Below are positions 1-9,531 of a DNA stretch of 64,000 nt, one piece after another. Made by a program: the position numbers and the translations under genes. Every line of letters begins with the position of its first letter. The first letter of the stretch is position 1. The DNA is from Bordetella sp. (GTDB lineage: Bacteria; Pseudomonadota; Gammaproteobacteria; Burkholderiales; Burkholderiaceae_B). A model generated the notes under the pieces. That model saw only the letters and a list, made by a program, of their open reading frames with translations, was not told the DNA's origin and ran no database searches. The stretch covers positions 4,165 to 68,164 of the forward strand of contig DASWPO010000093.1 in assembly GCA_036404015.1 (NCBI GenBank), written 5' to 3'.

Positions 1-871
1 CCGCGTGCTCGACGGCCTGAACGACATGCAGGCCCGCCTGAGCGCCACCATCAGCCAGGTGCGCGCCAGCGGGGAGTCGATCAACGCCGCCACGCGCGAG
101 ATCGCGGCGGGCAATATGGACCTCTCCTCGCGCACCGAAGAGCAGGCCGCTTCGCTGCAGCAGACGGCCAGCAGCATGAACGGGCTCACCGGCATCGTGC
201 GGCAGAACGCCGACAGCGCCGACCAGGCCAGCACGCTGGCCGCCAGCGCGCTGAGCACGGCCGGCCAGGGCAACCAGGTCATGGTCCGCATGACCGACAC
301 CATGGGCACCATCGGCCAGAGTTCGCGCGAGATCGGCGAGATCGTCACCCTGATCGAAACCATTTCGTTCCAGACCAACATCCTGGCGCTGAACGCCGCG
401 GTGGAAGCCGCGCGTGCCGGCGAACAGGGCAAGGGCTTTGCCGTGGTGGCCGGCGAAGTGCGCGCCCTGGCGCAGCGCTCGGCCACGGCCGCCAAGGAAA
501 TCAAGGCGCTCATCGGCACCTCTACCGAGCGCGTGCGGCAAGGCATGGCCTTGGTGGGCGAGGCGTCGGGCACCATGCAGGAGATCATCGCTTCGGTGCA
601 GCGCGTGGCCGATCTCATGGGCGAGATCGCCGCCGCCTCGGCCGAGCAGCGCCGCGGCATCGAGCAGGTGGCGCTGGCCGTGACGCAGATGGATGAAATG
701 ACCCAGAGCAATGCCGCCCTGGTCGAGCAGAGTGCCGCGGCCGCCCAGTCGCTGGACGAACAGGCGCATCACCTGTCGCAGGCCATTGCCGCCTTCAAGA
801 CGTCGGAACACGCCGTGCCGGCCGCGGGCCGGCAATCGGCTGCCTTGCTGGAAATGGCGCCGTCCGCCTGA
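1..871 (+). CDS. Methyl-accepting chemotaxis protein, C-terminal signalling domain (5' end outside window)
   Basis: MCP hairpin motif [40 protein letters not shown]; methylation helices ([13 protein letters not shown]). Confidence 0.95.
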   Translation, partial: RVLDGLNDMQARLSATISQVRASGESINAATREIAAGNMDLSSRTEEQAASLQQTASSMNGLTGIVRQNADSADQASTLAASALSTAGQGNQVMVRMTDTMGTIGQSSREIGEIVTLIETISFQTNILALNAAVEAARAGEQGKGFAVVAGEVRALAQRSATAAKEIKALIGTSTERVRQGMALVGEASGTMQEIIASVQRVADLMGEIAAASAEQRRGIEQVALAVTQMDEMTQSNAALVEQSAAAAQSLDEQAHHLSQAIAAFKTSEHAVPAAGRQSAALLEMAPSA

Positions 872-951
872 GTTGCGCCGCCGCGCCGCGGCCCGAAGCC
901 GTTGGCCTGGCCTGGCGTTGCGTGCAGTCGGGCAGCTTGTTTATCTAACGG

Positions 952-976
952 TATATTATTCTAATAGAATGTTATA
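952..976. promoter_or_regulatory. AT-rich inverted repeat, candidate metal-regulator (Zur/Fur-family) operator
   Basis: TATAttATTCTA-a-TAGAATgtTATA, 33 bp upstream of the TonB-dependent receptor ATG; contains AATGTTATA, resembling a Zur half-site. Confidence 0.45.
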
Positions 977-1008
977 TCATTTTAAAAACAACCTTGAGCC
1001 ATTCGTCC

Positions 1009-3366
1009 ATGAAACGTCACATCAAGAAGACCGCGCAGGCCATGCTCCTGTCCGTTGCCGCGGTGGCAAGCACGCAAGCCTGGGCGGCAGCCGATACGCA
1101 AACGACCGTCAGCGGCACCGTCACGGACTCGAATGGCAAGCCGGTGGCGCATGCGGATATCAAGCTGACCAGTTCGAATGGGGCTGAGGCCGGCCAGGCC
1201 ACCACGGATGCGGCGGGCCGCTTCGCGGTGGAGCATGTCACGCCGGGCACCTACGCGGTCGCCGTTTCGGCGTCCGGCTTCGCGCCCACGATGAGCATGG
1301 CGCAACCCAGCGGCGATCACCCGGCGACCGTGGCCCTGATCCTCGAGAAGAACGACGCGCTCGATGTCCAGGTCAACGCCAAGCGGCTGGACCAGGCCCG
1401 CAACGGCCTGCTGCCGGAAACCGGCAGCAGCATCTCCCGGATCACCCAGGAGGACATCCAGGCCATGCCCCAGGGCGAAAGCACGCCCTTGAACCAGGTG
1501 CTGCTCCAGGCGCCCGGGGTCGTGAACGATTCCTACGGCCAACTGCATGTGCGGGGCGACCACGCCGACCTGCAATACCGCATCAACGGCATCCTGATTC
1601 CGGAGCCCATCAGCGGCTTCGGGCAATCGCTCGATACGCGCATCATCGATCAGGTCAACCTCCTGACCGGCGCGCTGCCGGCGGAATACGGCTACCGCAC
1701 CGCGGGCATCGTGGACATCCGCACCAAATCGGGCGACCTGGGCAATGGCGGATCGATCGACGTCTATGGCGGGAGCCACCAGACCCTGCAGACGGGCGCC
1801 AATGTGTACGGCAGCGAGGGCGCTTTCAGCTATTACTTCGGCGGTTCGGTCGGGGAGAACAACCTCGGCATCGAAGCGCCGACTTCGAATTCCAATCCGC
1901 TCCATGACCATACGCGCCAGGGCAGCGGCTTCGGGTACATGTCGTACATGATCGACCCGCTCACCCGCGTCAGCCTGATGTTCGGCACGGCGAGCAACCA
2001 GTTCCAGTTGCCCAACACCCCGGGCCTCGCGCCCAATTTCACGCTGGCCGGCACGCCCACGTTCAATTCGGCCAACCTGAACGAAACACAGTCCGAGCTG
2101 AACAACTTCGCCGTCGCCTCGCTGCAAGGCAGCAACGGCGGCGCGCTGGATTATCAAGTGGCGTTCTTTACGCGCTACACCCGTACCCAGTTCAACCCCG
2201 ATCCTCTCGGCGACCTGATATTCAATGGCGTCGCGTCCAGCGACTTCCACAGCGATACGGCGAACGGCGTGCAGGCCGACACGACCTGGCGGCTGAACGA
2301 CCGGCACACGATCCGCACGGGGGTCTTTCTCCAGCAGGAACGCGCGAGTTTCAACGACGATGTCTCGGTCTTTCCCGTGGATACCGACGGCAACCAGACA
2401 TCGAGCGTCCCGTTCAATATCGCGGACTCGAGCAGCAAGACGGGCTATCTGTACAGCGCCTATGCCCAGGACGAATGGCAGATCAACGACAGGCTGACGT
2501 TGAATTACGGCCTGCGCTACGACGGAATGAACCAGTACGTGCAGGCCAGCCAGCTCAGCCCCCGTATCGGCATGTCGTTCAAGCTCACGCCGACCACGAC
2601 GCTGCACGCGGGCTATGCGCGCTACTTCACGCCGCCTTCCTTCGAGCTGGTCCCGAATTCGACGATCAACAATTTTTCCGGCACCACCAACCAGAGCCAG
2701 GTAACGCAGAACGACCCGGTTCAACCCGAGCGCGACGACTACTTCGATATCGGCGTTTCGCAGCGCCTGGGCTCCGATGTCACGGTCGGGGTCGATACCT
2801 ACTACAAGAAAGCGCACAACCTGCTCGACCTCGGCCAGTTCGGCGCCGCCCTGATCTATGCGCCGTTCAACTACCAGTATGGGCGCGTCTATGGCGCCGA
2901 GTTCACCGCGAACTACAAGCATGACGGCACTTCGGCTTATATGAACCTCGCGTTCAGCAAGGCGCAAGGCATGAATGTCGACTCCGCGCAGTTCAACTTC
3001 GACCCGGATGAATTGGCCTACATTTCGAATCATTGGGTGCATCTCGACCACGACCAACTCATCACCGCCTCGTTCGGCGGCTCTTATGCTTATCGGAATA
3101 CCACCTTCACCATGGACGCCACGGTCGGCAGCGGCTTGCGCGACGGCTTCGCGAACTCCGGGAAATTGCCGCTCTACGCGCAGATCAACGTCGGCGCGAT
3201 CGAGCACATGAACCTGCCGACGATCGGCAAGTTCGATGCGCGTCTCGTGCTGTCCAACGTCTTTGGCCGCACTTATGAATTGCGCGATGGAACCGGCATC
3301 GGCGTGCAAGCCCCTCAGTATGGTCCCGGCCGCGCCGTTTACGTCGGCATGACAAAATACTTCTGA
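1009..3366 (+). CDS. TonB-dependent receptor with N-terminal carboxypeptidase-regulatory-like domain
   Basis: Signal peptide; SGTVTDSNGKPV domain; plug motif LHVRGDHADLQYRINGI; barrel motifs YAQDEW..LNYGLRYD and SPRIG; C-terminal Phe; followed by exbBD-tonB. Confidence 0.95.
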   Translation: MKRHIKKTAQAMLLSVAAVASTQAWAAADTQTTVSGTVTDSNGKPVAHADIKLTSSNGAEAGQATTDAAGRFAVEHVTPGTYAVAVSASGFAPTMSMAQPSGDHPATVALILEKNDALDVQVNAKRLDQARNGLLPETGSSISRITQEDIQAMPQGESTPLNQVLLQAPGVVNDSYGQLHVRGDHADLQYRINGILIPEPISGFGQSLDTRIIDQVNLLTGALPAEYGYRTAGIVDIRTKSGDLGNGGSIDVYGGSHQTLQTGANVYGSEGAFSYYFGGSVGENNLGIEAPTSNSNPLHDHTRQGSGFGYMSYMIDPLTRVSLMFGTASNQFQLPNTPGLAPNFTLAGTPTFNSANLNETQSELNNFAVASLQGSNGGALDYQVAFFTRYTRTQFNPDPLGDLIFNGVASSDFHSDTANGVQADTTWRLNDRHTIRTGVFLQQERASFNDDVSVFPVDTDGNQTSSVPFNIADSSSKTGYLYSAYAQDEWQINDRLTLNYGLRYDGMNQYVQASQLSPRIGMSFKLTPTTTLHAGYARYFTPPSFELVPNSTINNFSGTTNQSQVTQNDPVQPERDDYFDIGVSQRLGSDVTVGVDTYYKKAHNLLDLGQFGAALIYAPFNYQYGRVYGAEFTANYKHDGTSAYMNLAFSKAQGMNVDSAQFNFDPDELAYISNHWVHLDHDQLITASFGGSYAYRNTTFTMDATVGSGLRDGFANSGKLPLYAQINVGAIEHMNLPTIGKFDARLVLSNVFGRTYELRDGTGIGVQAPQYGPGRAVYVGMTKYF

Positions 3367-3391
3367 TTCCCCATTCCGGACCCGGATTCCC

Positions 3392-4015
3392 ATGCAAGCC
3401 TGGCTTGGCATCATCGAAGCGATACGCCTCGGCGGATGGATCGTCTACCCGCTCACGCTGCTGGCGATCGTCGCCCTCATCATCATGATGGACCGCGCCT
3501 ATGTGCTCTGGCGCTTTGCCACGGTGCCGCATGCGGGCGCGAACGCGGCGGCCGATATCCGCGGCGTGCTGGCGGCGCTGCCCGCGCAGCACGCCGCGCG
3601 CAGATTGCTGGCGCCGCTGGTCGCCGACACGACTCGGCCGGTCTGGTGGATTGAAGAAAAAGCCCGCGCCGTCGCGCTCGAGGTGCAGCGCGACATGTCG
3701 CGCGGCCTCTGGGTGCTCGAGACGATCGTGACGGCCGCGCCGTTGCTGGGCCTGCTCGGCACGATCGTCGGCATGATGCATGCGTTCCAGTTGATCGGAA
3801 ACCAGGGGCTGGTCAATCCGACCGGCGTGACCGGGGGCGTCGCGCAGGCGCTCGTCGCGACGGCCATCGGCCTGGTGATCGCGCTGGTGGCGCTTTTCGC
3901 CTTCAACTATTTTTCGAGGCGCATAGACCGGCTGGTCGAGGAGCTCGAGGTTTTCGCCAACGCGTGGCTCAGCGACGTGCGCCTGCAGCGCGAAGCTGCG
4001 GAGCGGGCGGCATGA
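3392..4015 (+). CDS. exbB: MotA/TolQ/ExbB proton channel protein
   Basis: LETIVTAAPLLGLLGTIVGMM and GGVAQALVATAIGL motifs. Confidence 0.93.
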   Translation: MQAWLGIIEAIRLGGWIVYPLTLLAIVALIIMMDRAYVLWRFATVPHAGANAAADIRGVLAALPAQHAARRLLAPLVADTTRPVWWIEEKARAVALEVQRDMSRGLWVLETIVTAAPLLGLLGTIVGMMHAFQLIGNQGLVNPTGVTGGVAQALVATAIGLVIALVALFAFNYFSRRIDRLVEELEVFANAWLSDVRLQREAAERAA

Positions 4016-4413
4016 AACTGCGCCGCTCGCGAGCTGCCAAGCGCGGCCGCATCGAGATCATTCCGATGATCGACGTCATGTTCTTCCTGCTGGCGACGTT
4101 CATCCTTGCCTCGTTGTCCATGCAGCGGCTCGACGCGCTCAAGCTGGACCTGCCGCAAGGGCAGGCGCAGTCCATCGCCGAGCAGCAGCCCCTGACCTTG
4201 AGCGTGACCCGGGACGGCCAGCTCGCGATCAACCGGCAGCCGGTCAGGCTCGGCGACGTCGCCGCGACGGTGAGGCGGCTGGTGCAGCCCGATGGCAACA
4301 TCGTGGTCGCGGCCGATACGGCCGCGGCGAACGGCATCGTCGTCCAGGCGCTGCTGCAGGCCCGACAAGGAGGGGCCGAGCACTTCATGATCGCGGTCGA
4401 GCGTGGCCAATAG
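4012..4413 (+). CDS. exbD: ExbD/TolR biopolymer transport protein
   Basis: IEIIPMIDVMFFLL motif; ATGA overlap with exbB. Confidence 0.93.
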   Translation: MKLRRSRAAKRGRIEIIPMIDVMFFLLATFILASLSMQRLDALKLDLPQGQAQSIAEQQPLTLSVTRDGQLAINRQPVRLGDVAATVRRLVQPDGNIVVAADTAAANGIVVQALLQARQGGAEHFMIAVERGQ

Positions 4414-5203
4414 ATTCGCGGATCTTGCTGGCAAGTGCTTCGACGCGGGCGGCTTCAGGACGATCGTCGCCGGTGTCCTGGCGGCGGTGGTGTGGGGCGT
4501 GTTCATGGCCGGCTTTGTGCGGGGGATGATGCCTCCGGCCCAGCCGGCTGCGGGCCCCGTCGCGCTCGATGCGCGTTTCGTGGAACTCGCTCCCCCGCCT
4601 GCCTTGCCGTCTGCTGCTCCGGCCACGTCCGCCGCGCCCTCTGTTCCTGCTGAGCCTCCTGCTTCCGCCGCACCACCCGCACCGCCATCCCCGCCATCCC
4701 CGCCGCCGCCTCAGGTATCCAAGCCGGCGCAACCGGAAGCGCCGGCCGCCGCGCCGCCGCGCCTGGCGCGCGTGCCGCAGCGATCCACGCCGCCTGATGC
4801 GCCCCGGCCTGCGCCCCGGCATGACGGGCCTCATGCCGCCCGGCCGGCCGCAATGCCGGCCAGCCCGGCGCAGGCCGCGGCCCCTTCATCCCCCTCGACC
4901 CATGAAGCCCCCGCGGCGGATCCTGGCGCCTCCGGGACTGGCCCGGCGCGGGCCATTTTGCAGCCATTGCCGGCACTGCCGGACGATCTGCGGCAAGAGG
5001 CGTTCCAGGCGGTCGCCAGGGTGAGGCTTTCAATCCATCCCGATGGCTCGGTGAGCGTCGAACTGCTCGATCCGACACGCAATCCGCGCCTGAACCAGAT
5101 ACTGCTCAACACGCTGGCGAAGTGGCGGTTTTTCCCCGCCATGAAAGACGGCCATGCCATCGAAAGCAGCCAGGAAATCCGCGTTCACTTCAATGTGAAC
5201 TGA
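4403..5203 (+). CDS. tonB: Energy transducer TonB
   Basis: N-terminal TM helix, Pro/Ala-rich linker, C-terminal TonB domain (IHPDGSV...KWRFFPAMKDG). Confidence 0.9.
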   Translation: MANRFADLAGKCFDAGGFRTIVAGVLAAVVWGVFMAGFVRGMMPPAQPAAGPVALDARFVELAPPPALPSAAPATSAAPSVPAEPPASAAPPAPPSPPSPPPPQVSKPAQPEAPAAAPPRLARVPQRSTPPDAPRPAPRHDGPHAARPAAMPASPAQAAAPSSPSTHEAPAADPGASGTGPARAILQPLPALPDDLRQEAFQAVARVRLSIHPDGSVSVELLDPTRNPRLNQILLNTLAKWRFFPAMKDGHAIESSQEIRVHFNVN

Positions 5204-5218
5204 GCAATGTGAACTGAG
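5191..5218 (+). repeat. Perfect 14-bp tandem duplication spanning the tonB stop codon
   Basis: CAATGTGAACTGAG at 5191-5204 and 5205-5218. Confidence 0.9.
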
Positions 5219-5226
5219 ATCCGCGA

Positions 5227-6129
5227 TCAGTCGCGGGACGTGGCATGAGCCAGTTGCGCGGCGAGCTCGTCGAAGACGATCCGTATGCGTTTCGGCACGG
5301 GTCCGCGTTGCGGCCGATAGACATGCAGCTTCCACGGAGCGGGCTCAAAGCGCGGCAAGATGCGCGCGAGACGACCCGCCTCGACGTAAGGGCGCGCTAG
5401 ATATTCCGCGCATTGGCTAAATCCGACGCCGGCGCGGGCCACCTCGATTTCCGTTTCCGGATCATCCGTGACAAACACCGGATTGCGAGGCTGGAATTTT
5501 GCTTCGCCACGAAATATCCATGGCCAGGGCCTGCCGGTTGCACGGTCAATCAGGGTTGTCGTGGGCGTGGACTGCAAATCCTGCAGATTCCTTGGCTCCC
5601 CCACTCGCGCGATCAGCTCCGGCGATCCCACCACCCACATCGGCAGGGGGCCGATCACTCGTGCAACAAAGCGGTTGTCCTCGATCGCTCCTGCGCGGAC
5701 ACCGATATCGATCTGCTCGTCGACCACCGCCGAAGGCGTATCGGACAGCCGCACGTCAAGCCTGAGGCCAGGATGGCGGATCATCAAGGCGCTCAGTATT
5801 GGCAGCACATAGCGGCGTCCGAATCCGGCCGGCGCCGTGATTCGTACAGTTCCCGAGACTTCGTCCGATGTGCTGATTGACGAGTCGAACAGCTCGTCAA
5901 CGGATATCAAGGTGGACTGGACCTTGGCCGCGAACGTTTGGCCAAATGCCGTTATTTGCACCCGGCGGGTGCTGCGGTGAAACAGCGTTTCGCCCAAGGC
6001 GGCCTCCAGTTCACGGATGGCCCGCGTGACGACCTGTGGGGATACGCCAAGACGCGTCGCGGCTTCTCGAAAGGTTGGCGAGCCGGCCGCGGCGGAAAAA
6101 ATTCTGAGAATCTCGAGTCGATTGAGCAT
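5227..6129 (-). CDS. LysR family transcriptional regulator (CrgA-like)
   Basis: N-terminal HTH, LFHRSTRRV, RITAP..FGR substrate-binding domain; divergent from SDR. Confidence 0.93.
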   Translation of the reverse strand: MLNRLEILRIFSAAAGSPTFREAATRLGVSPQVVTRAIRELEAALGETLFHRSTRRVQITAFGQTFAAKVQSTLISVDELFDSSISTSDEVSGTVRITAPAGFGRRYVLPILSALMIRHPGLRLDVRLSDTPSAVVDEQIDIGVRAGAIEDNRFVARVIGPLPMWVVGSPELIARVGEPRNLQDLQSTPTTTLIDRATGRPWPWIFRGEAKFQPRNPVFVTDDPETEIEVARAGVGFSQCAEYLARPYVEAGRLARILPRFEPAPWKLHVYRPQRGPVPKRIRIVFDELAAQLAHATSRD

Positions 6130-6149
6130 GATGCGCAGGCACTTCCTTG

Positions 6150-6168
6150 AATTCCATAATCAGGAATT
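6150..6168. promoter_or_regulatory. LysR box (T-N11-A dyad)
   Basis: AATTCC-N7-GGAATT between divergent lysR and SDR. Confidence 0.6.
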
Positions 6169-6297
6169 ATGAATGAATAATTATTCCATTTATTTGTGCT
6201 TTTACAACGCTCATACTTCGCGGCAAGCGCAGGGCGGCAGGCAAGCGAAATCCTAATGCCGGGCGTTCTCCCTCAATGTCTGAACAGGAACGAAATC

Positions 6298-7074
6298 ATG
6301 AATGCAAGCACCACGCAACGTCAGCTTGAAGGCAAGGTTGCCTTGGTAACGGGCGCCAGCTCCGGCATTGGCCGGGCTTCGGCGCTGGAACTGGCCCGCC
6401 GCGGCGCCAAGGTCGTTGTCGCCGCCCGCCGCAAGGACGAACTCGACCGGGTGGTCCGGCAGATCGTCGATGCGGACGGCACCGCCGCGGCCATCGCGGT
6501 CGACGTGGCAAAAGAAGAAGACATCAAGAAGCTGGTCGGCTTCACGGTGGCGACCTATGGCCGGCTTGACGTCGCCCTCAACAATGCAGGTACCGAAGGG
6601 GTGTTCTCACCCTTGCTCGAACAGGACGCGGCCCGCTACGACATGGTGTTCGAACCCAATGTGCGCGGCGTCTTCAATTCGATGAAATACGAAGCCGAGT
6701 TCATGCTCAAGCAGGGCTCCGGCAGCATTATCAACACGGCATCAATGGGTGGGTTGATCGGTTTCGAGAACGCGTCGGTGTATATCGCCAGCAAACACGC
6801 GGTGATCGGGATGACCAAGACCGCATCGATCGAATGGTTCCGCCGCGGCGTGCGTGTGAATGCGCTGTGTCCCGGCCTGATCGAGACGCCGTTTCATCAT
6901 CGAGGTATTTGGCCGTCGGTCCAAGCGCAACAGCAGTTTGCGGCGGGCACACCGGCCGGGCGTTGGGGCACCGCCGAAGAGATGGCAACGATCGTCGCGT
7001 TTCTTGCCTCCGACGACTCGAGCTATGTGTCCGGCCACTCGCTGGTTGCCGATGGCGGGTATTCGATCGCTTGA
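6298..7074 (+). CDS. SDR family oxidoreductase
   Basis: TGASSGIG, NNAG, YIASK motifs; C-terminal DGGY. Confidence 0.95.
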   Translation: MNASTTQRQLEGKVALVTGASSGIGRASALELARRGAKVVVAARRKDELDRVVRQIVDADGTAAAIAVDVAKEEDIKKLVGFTVATYGRLDVALNNAGTEGVFSPLLEQDAARYDMVFEPNVRGVFNSMKYEAEFMLKQGSGSIINTASMGGLIGFENASVYIASKHAVIGMTKTASIEWFRRGVRVNALCPGLIETPFHHRGIWPSVQAQQQFAAGTPAGRWGTAEEMATIVAFLASDDSSYVSGHSLVADGGYSIA

Positions 7075-7238
7075 CGGGATCGGCTCCGGATCTCCCCGCC
7101 CAGGGGGATGCGCGTGCGGCGATGCGCGGGAGGGGCCCTTCTTGCATATGGACATTGCGGATTTGTCGTTGTTGGACTGCTCATCGCCCTCTCATAATCG
7201 TCGACTTATTCAACGTCGACCCGCATTGAGAAACAACG

Positions 7239-8054
7239 ATGAGCATCAATCATGATCGGCGGAAACTGCTGACCCTTGCCGGCGGCCTGGCCGTATCCGG
7301 CGCGCTGCCTTCGATCGCGCAGGCGGCGCCCGCTGCGGCCCGGGTCGTGCTGGGCGTGACGCCTCTTCCGCCTTACTACGACATCATCGAGCTGATCCAG
7401 CCCAAGGCCGCCGAGCTGGGCCTGGACCTGGTGGTGAAGAAGTTCGAGGATACCCGCCAGCTCAACACGCTGCTGGCCAATGGCGACCTGGACGCCAATT
7501 TCTTCCAGCATGTTCCTTATCTGGAGCAATACAACAAGGACAATAATCTCGACCTGGTGGTGGCCGCGGGCGTCTTCATCGGACTGTTCGGGGCTTATTC
7601 GAGGCGTTTCAAGAAAGTCGAGGACCTGCCGGAAGGCGCGCTGCTCGTCTATCCCAACGATCCGTCGAACAGCGGCCGCGCCCTGGACATGTTCGCCAAG
7701 CACAGGCTGCTGCGCCTCAAGGACGGCGCGGGTATCAAGGCAACCCAGGCCGACATCATCGACAATCCCAAGAAATTCCGCTTCCGCGGCGTCGAGCAGC
7801 CCATGCTGGTGCGCACGCTGGACGACGCGGACCTGGTCGCCATCAACGCCCCGTTCGTGGTCGCGATCGGCCTGAACCCGCTCGTCGATGCGCTGATCTC
7901 CGAGGACAAGAGCGTCTTCGTCAGCAGCCTGGTCTCGCGGCGGGACAATGTGAAGAGCGACGGGATCGTCCGCCTTGCCCAGGCGGTGACGTCTCCCGAG
8001 GTCAAGCGCCTGCTCGAGGACAAGTTCCAGCGTTCCGTCCGTCCGGTCTTTTGA
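7239..8054 (+). CDS. metQ: MetQ/NlpA family ABC substrate-binding protein, twin-arginine-like signal, no lipobox Cys
   Basis: DANFFQHVPYL and PNDPSNSGRAL motifs; DRRKLL N-terminus; upstream of metN/metI. Confidence 0.9.
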   Translation: MSINHDRRKLLTLAGGLAVSGALPSIAQAAPAAARVVLGVTPLPPYYDIIELIQPKAAELGLDLVVKKFEDTRQLNTLLANGDLDANFFQHVPYLEQYNKDNNLDLVVAAGVFIGLFGAYSRRFKKVEDLPEGALLVYPNDPSNSGRALDMFAKHRLLRLKDGAGIKATQADIIDNPKKFRFRGVEQPMLVRTLDDADLVAINAPFVVAIGLNPLVDALISEDKSVFVSSLVSRRDNVKSDGIVRLAQAVTSPEVKRLLEDKFQRSVRPVF

Positions 8055-8095
8055 TCCCGAATGATGTTCGGGATGCGTGTTTCGAGGGGCGAGGC

Positions 8096-8869
8096 GTGAT
8101 CGAGTTGAGCCATGTTTCCAAGCGCTTCCAAACGGCCGATGGAGACGTCGACGCGGTGTCCGATGTGTCGTTGCGCATCGGGCAGGGCGAGATATTCGGC
8201 ATCGTCGGATTCAGCGGCGCGGGCAAGTCGACGCTGCTGCGGATGATCAACCTGCTGGAACGTCCCACGTCGGGGCGTGTCGTGGTCGGGGGGGCGGATT
8301 TGCTCGCGCTCCCGCCGGACGGCCTGCGCCAGGCGCGCCAGTCGATCGGCATGATTTTCCAGCACTTCAACCTCGTGGCCAACCGGACGGTCGAGGACAA
8401 TGTGTCGATCGCCCTGGAGATCGCCCGGGTCCCGCAAGACCGCCGCGGCGACATCGTGCACGAGAGCCTGCGGACGGTAGGCCTCGCGGACAAGGCCAGG
8501 CACTACCCGGGGCAGCTCAGCGGCGGCCAGAAGCAGCGGGTGGCCATTGCGCGGGCCATTGCCAACCGGCCCAAGGTACTGCTGTGCGACGAGCCTACTT
8601 CGGCGCTGGACCCGCAGACGACGGGGGAAATCCTCAAGTACCTGAAGGCCGTCAACGACGGCGCGGGAGTGACCATCGTCATCGTCACGCACGAGCTGGG
8701 CGTGGTCAACCGGCTCTGCCATCGCGTCGCCGTCATGGAAAAGGGCGAGGTCAGGGACGAGATCGATTTCCAGGATTCCGACCGTACGCTTTCCAGCGTG
8801 CTGGGCCTCGCCATTCTCGAAGAGCGCCGCCGCGACAAGGACTACCGCGATGTTTACGCATTTGTATGA
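8096..8869 (+). CDS. metN: Methionine-type ABC ATPase, short form apparently lacking the C-terminal NIL domain
   Basis: GFSGAGKST, LSGGQKQRVAIARA, LCDEPTSALDP; only ~257 aa. Confidence 0.9.
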   Translation: MIELSHVSKRFQTADGDVDAVSDVSLRIGQGEIFGIVGFSGAGKSTLLRMINLLERPTSGRVVVGGADLLALPPDGLRQARQSIGMIFQHFNLVANRTVEDNVSIALEIARVPQDRRGDIVHESLRTVGLADKARHYPGQLSGGQKQRVAIARAIANRPKVLLCDEPTSALDPQTTGEILKYLKAVNDGAGVTIVIVTHELGVVNRLCHRVAVMEKGEVRDEIDFQDSDRTLSSVLGLAILEERRRDKDYRDVYAFV

Positions 8870-9512
8870 GCGTCTTCCCGAGATGCTGCAATCCCTGTGG
8901 GAGACGGCGACGATGGTCGGCCTCGCGGTGGGCGCCGCGATCGTCCTGGGGCTGCCCCTGGGGACGCTGCTGTACCTGACGCGCCGCGGCGGGCTGCTCG
9001 AGCACGCCACGCTGTACACGACGATAAACAGCCTCGTCAATCTCATTCGTTCGTTTCCCTTCCTGATCCTCCTGGTGGCGTTGATTCCGATCACGCGATT
9101 CGTCCTGGGCACTTCGCTCGGGACGGTGGCGGCGTCGGTGCCCCTGGGGGTCGCGGCCATCGCCTACTACTCCCGGCTGTCGGAGCAGTCGCTGCTGGAC
9201 GTCGATGCGGGCGTCATCGAAGCGGCCCAGGCGATGGGGGCGACCGTCTGGGAGCTGCTGTTCAAGTTCTTGTTCGTCGAGGCGCTGCCGGGGCTGGTGC
9301 TTGGGCTGACCATTTCCATCATCAGCTTCATTTCCTACTCGACGCTCGCTGGCGCCGTGGGCGGCGGCGGCATAGGGGATTTCGCCATCCAGTATGGCTA
9401 TTACCGCTTCGAGACGGACGTCATGGTGGCGACGATGATCATCATCGCGGTCATCGTCCAGGCCGTGCAGTTCGGCGGCAGCCGCCTGTCCCGCCATTTC
9501 GACAAGCGCTAG
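8850..9512 (+). CDS. metI: Methionine-type ABC permease
   Basis: RSFPFLIL, EAAQAMGA, GGGGIGDFAIQYGYYRF motifs. Confidence 0.92.
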   Translation: MFTHLYERLPEMLQSLWETATMVGLAVGAAIVLGLPLGTLLYLTRRGGLLEHATLYTTINSLVNLIRSFPFLILLVALIPITRFVLGTSLGTVAASVPLGVAAIAYYSRLSEQSLLDVDAGVIEAAQAMGATVWELLFKFLFVEALPGLVLGLTISIISFISYSTLAGAVGGGGIGDFAIQYGYYRFETDVMVATMIIIAVIVQAVQFGGSRLSRHFDKR

Positions 9513-9531
9513 TTTTTGCAGGAGACTCCTC

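Noticed and set aside
982-3414. 810-aa minus-strand ORF, and similar long antisense ORFs (17220..19949, 30429..31715, 32607..34454, 41891..44662)
   Set aside because: Shadow frames of well-supported genes on the opposite strand; common in high-GC DNA and without family motifs
4590-4950. Low-complexity GC-rich repeats
   Set aside because: They encode the normal Pro/Ala-rich TonB periplasmic linker
7075-7238. SAM riboswitch upstream of metQ
   Set aside because: Only a GTCGAC-N9-GTCGAC dyad is visible and I recognise no SAM-I/II/V consensus; an Rfam scan would settle it
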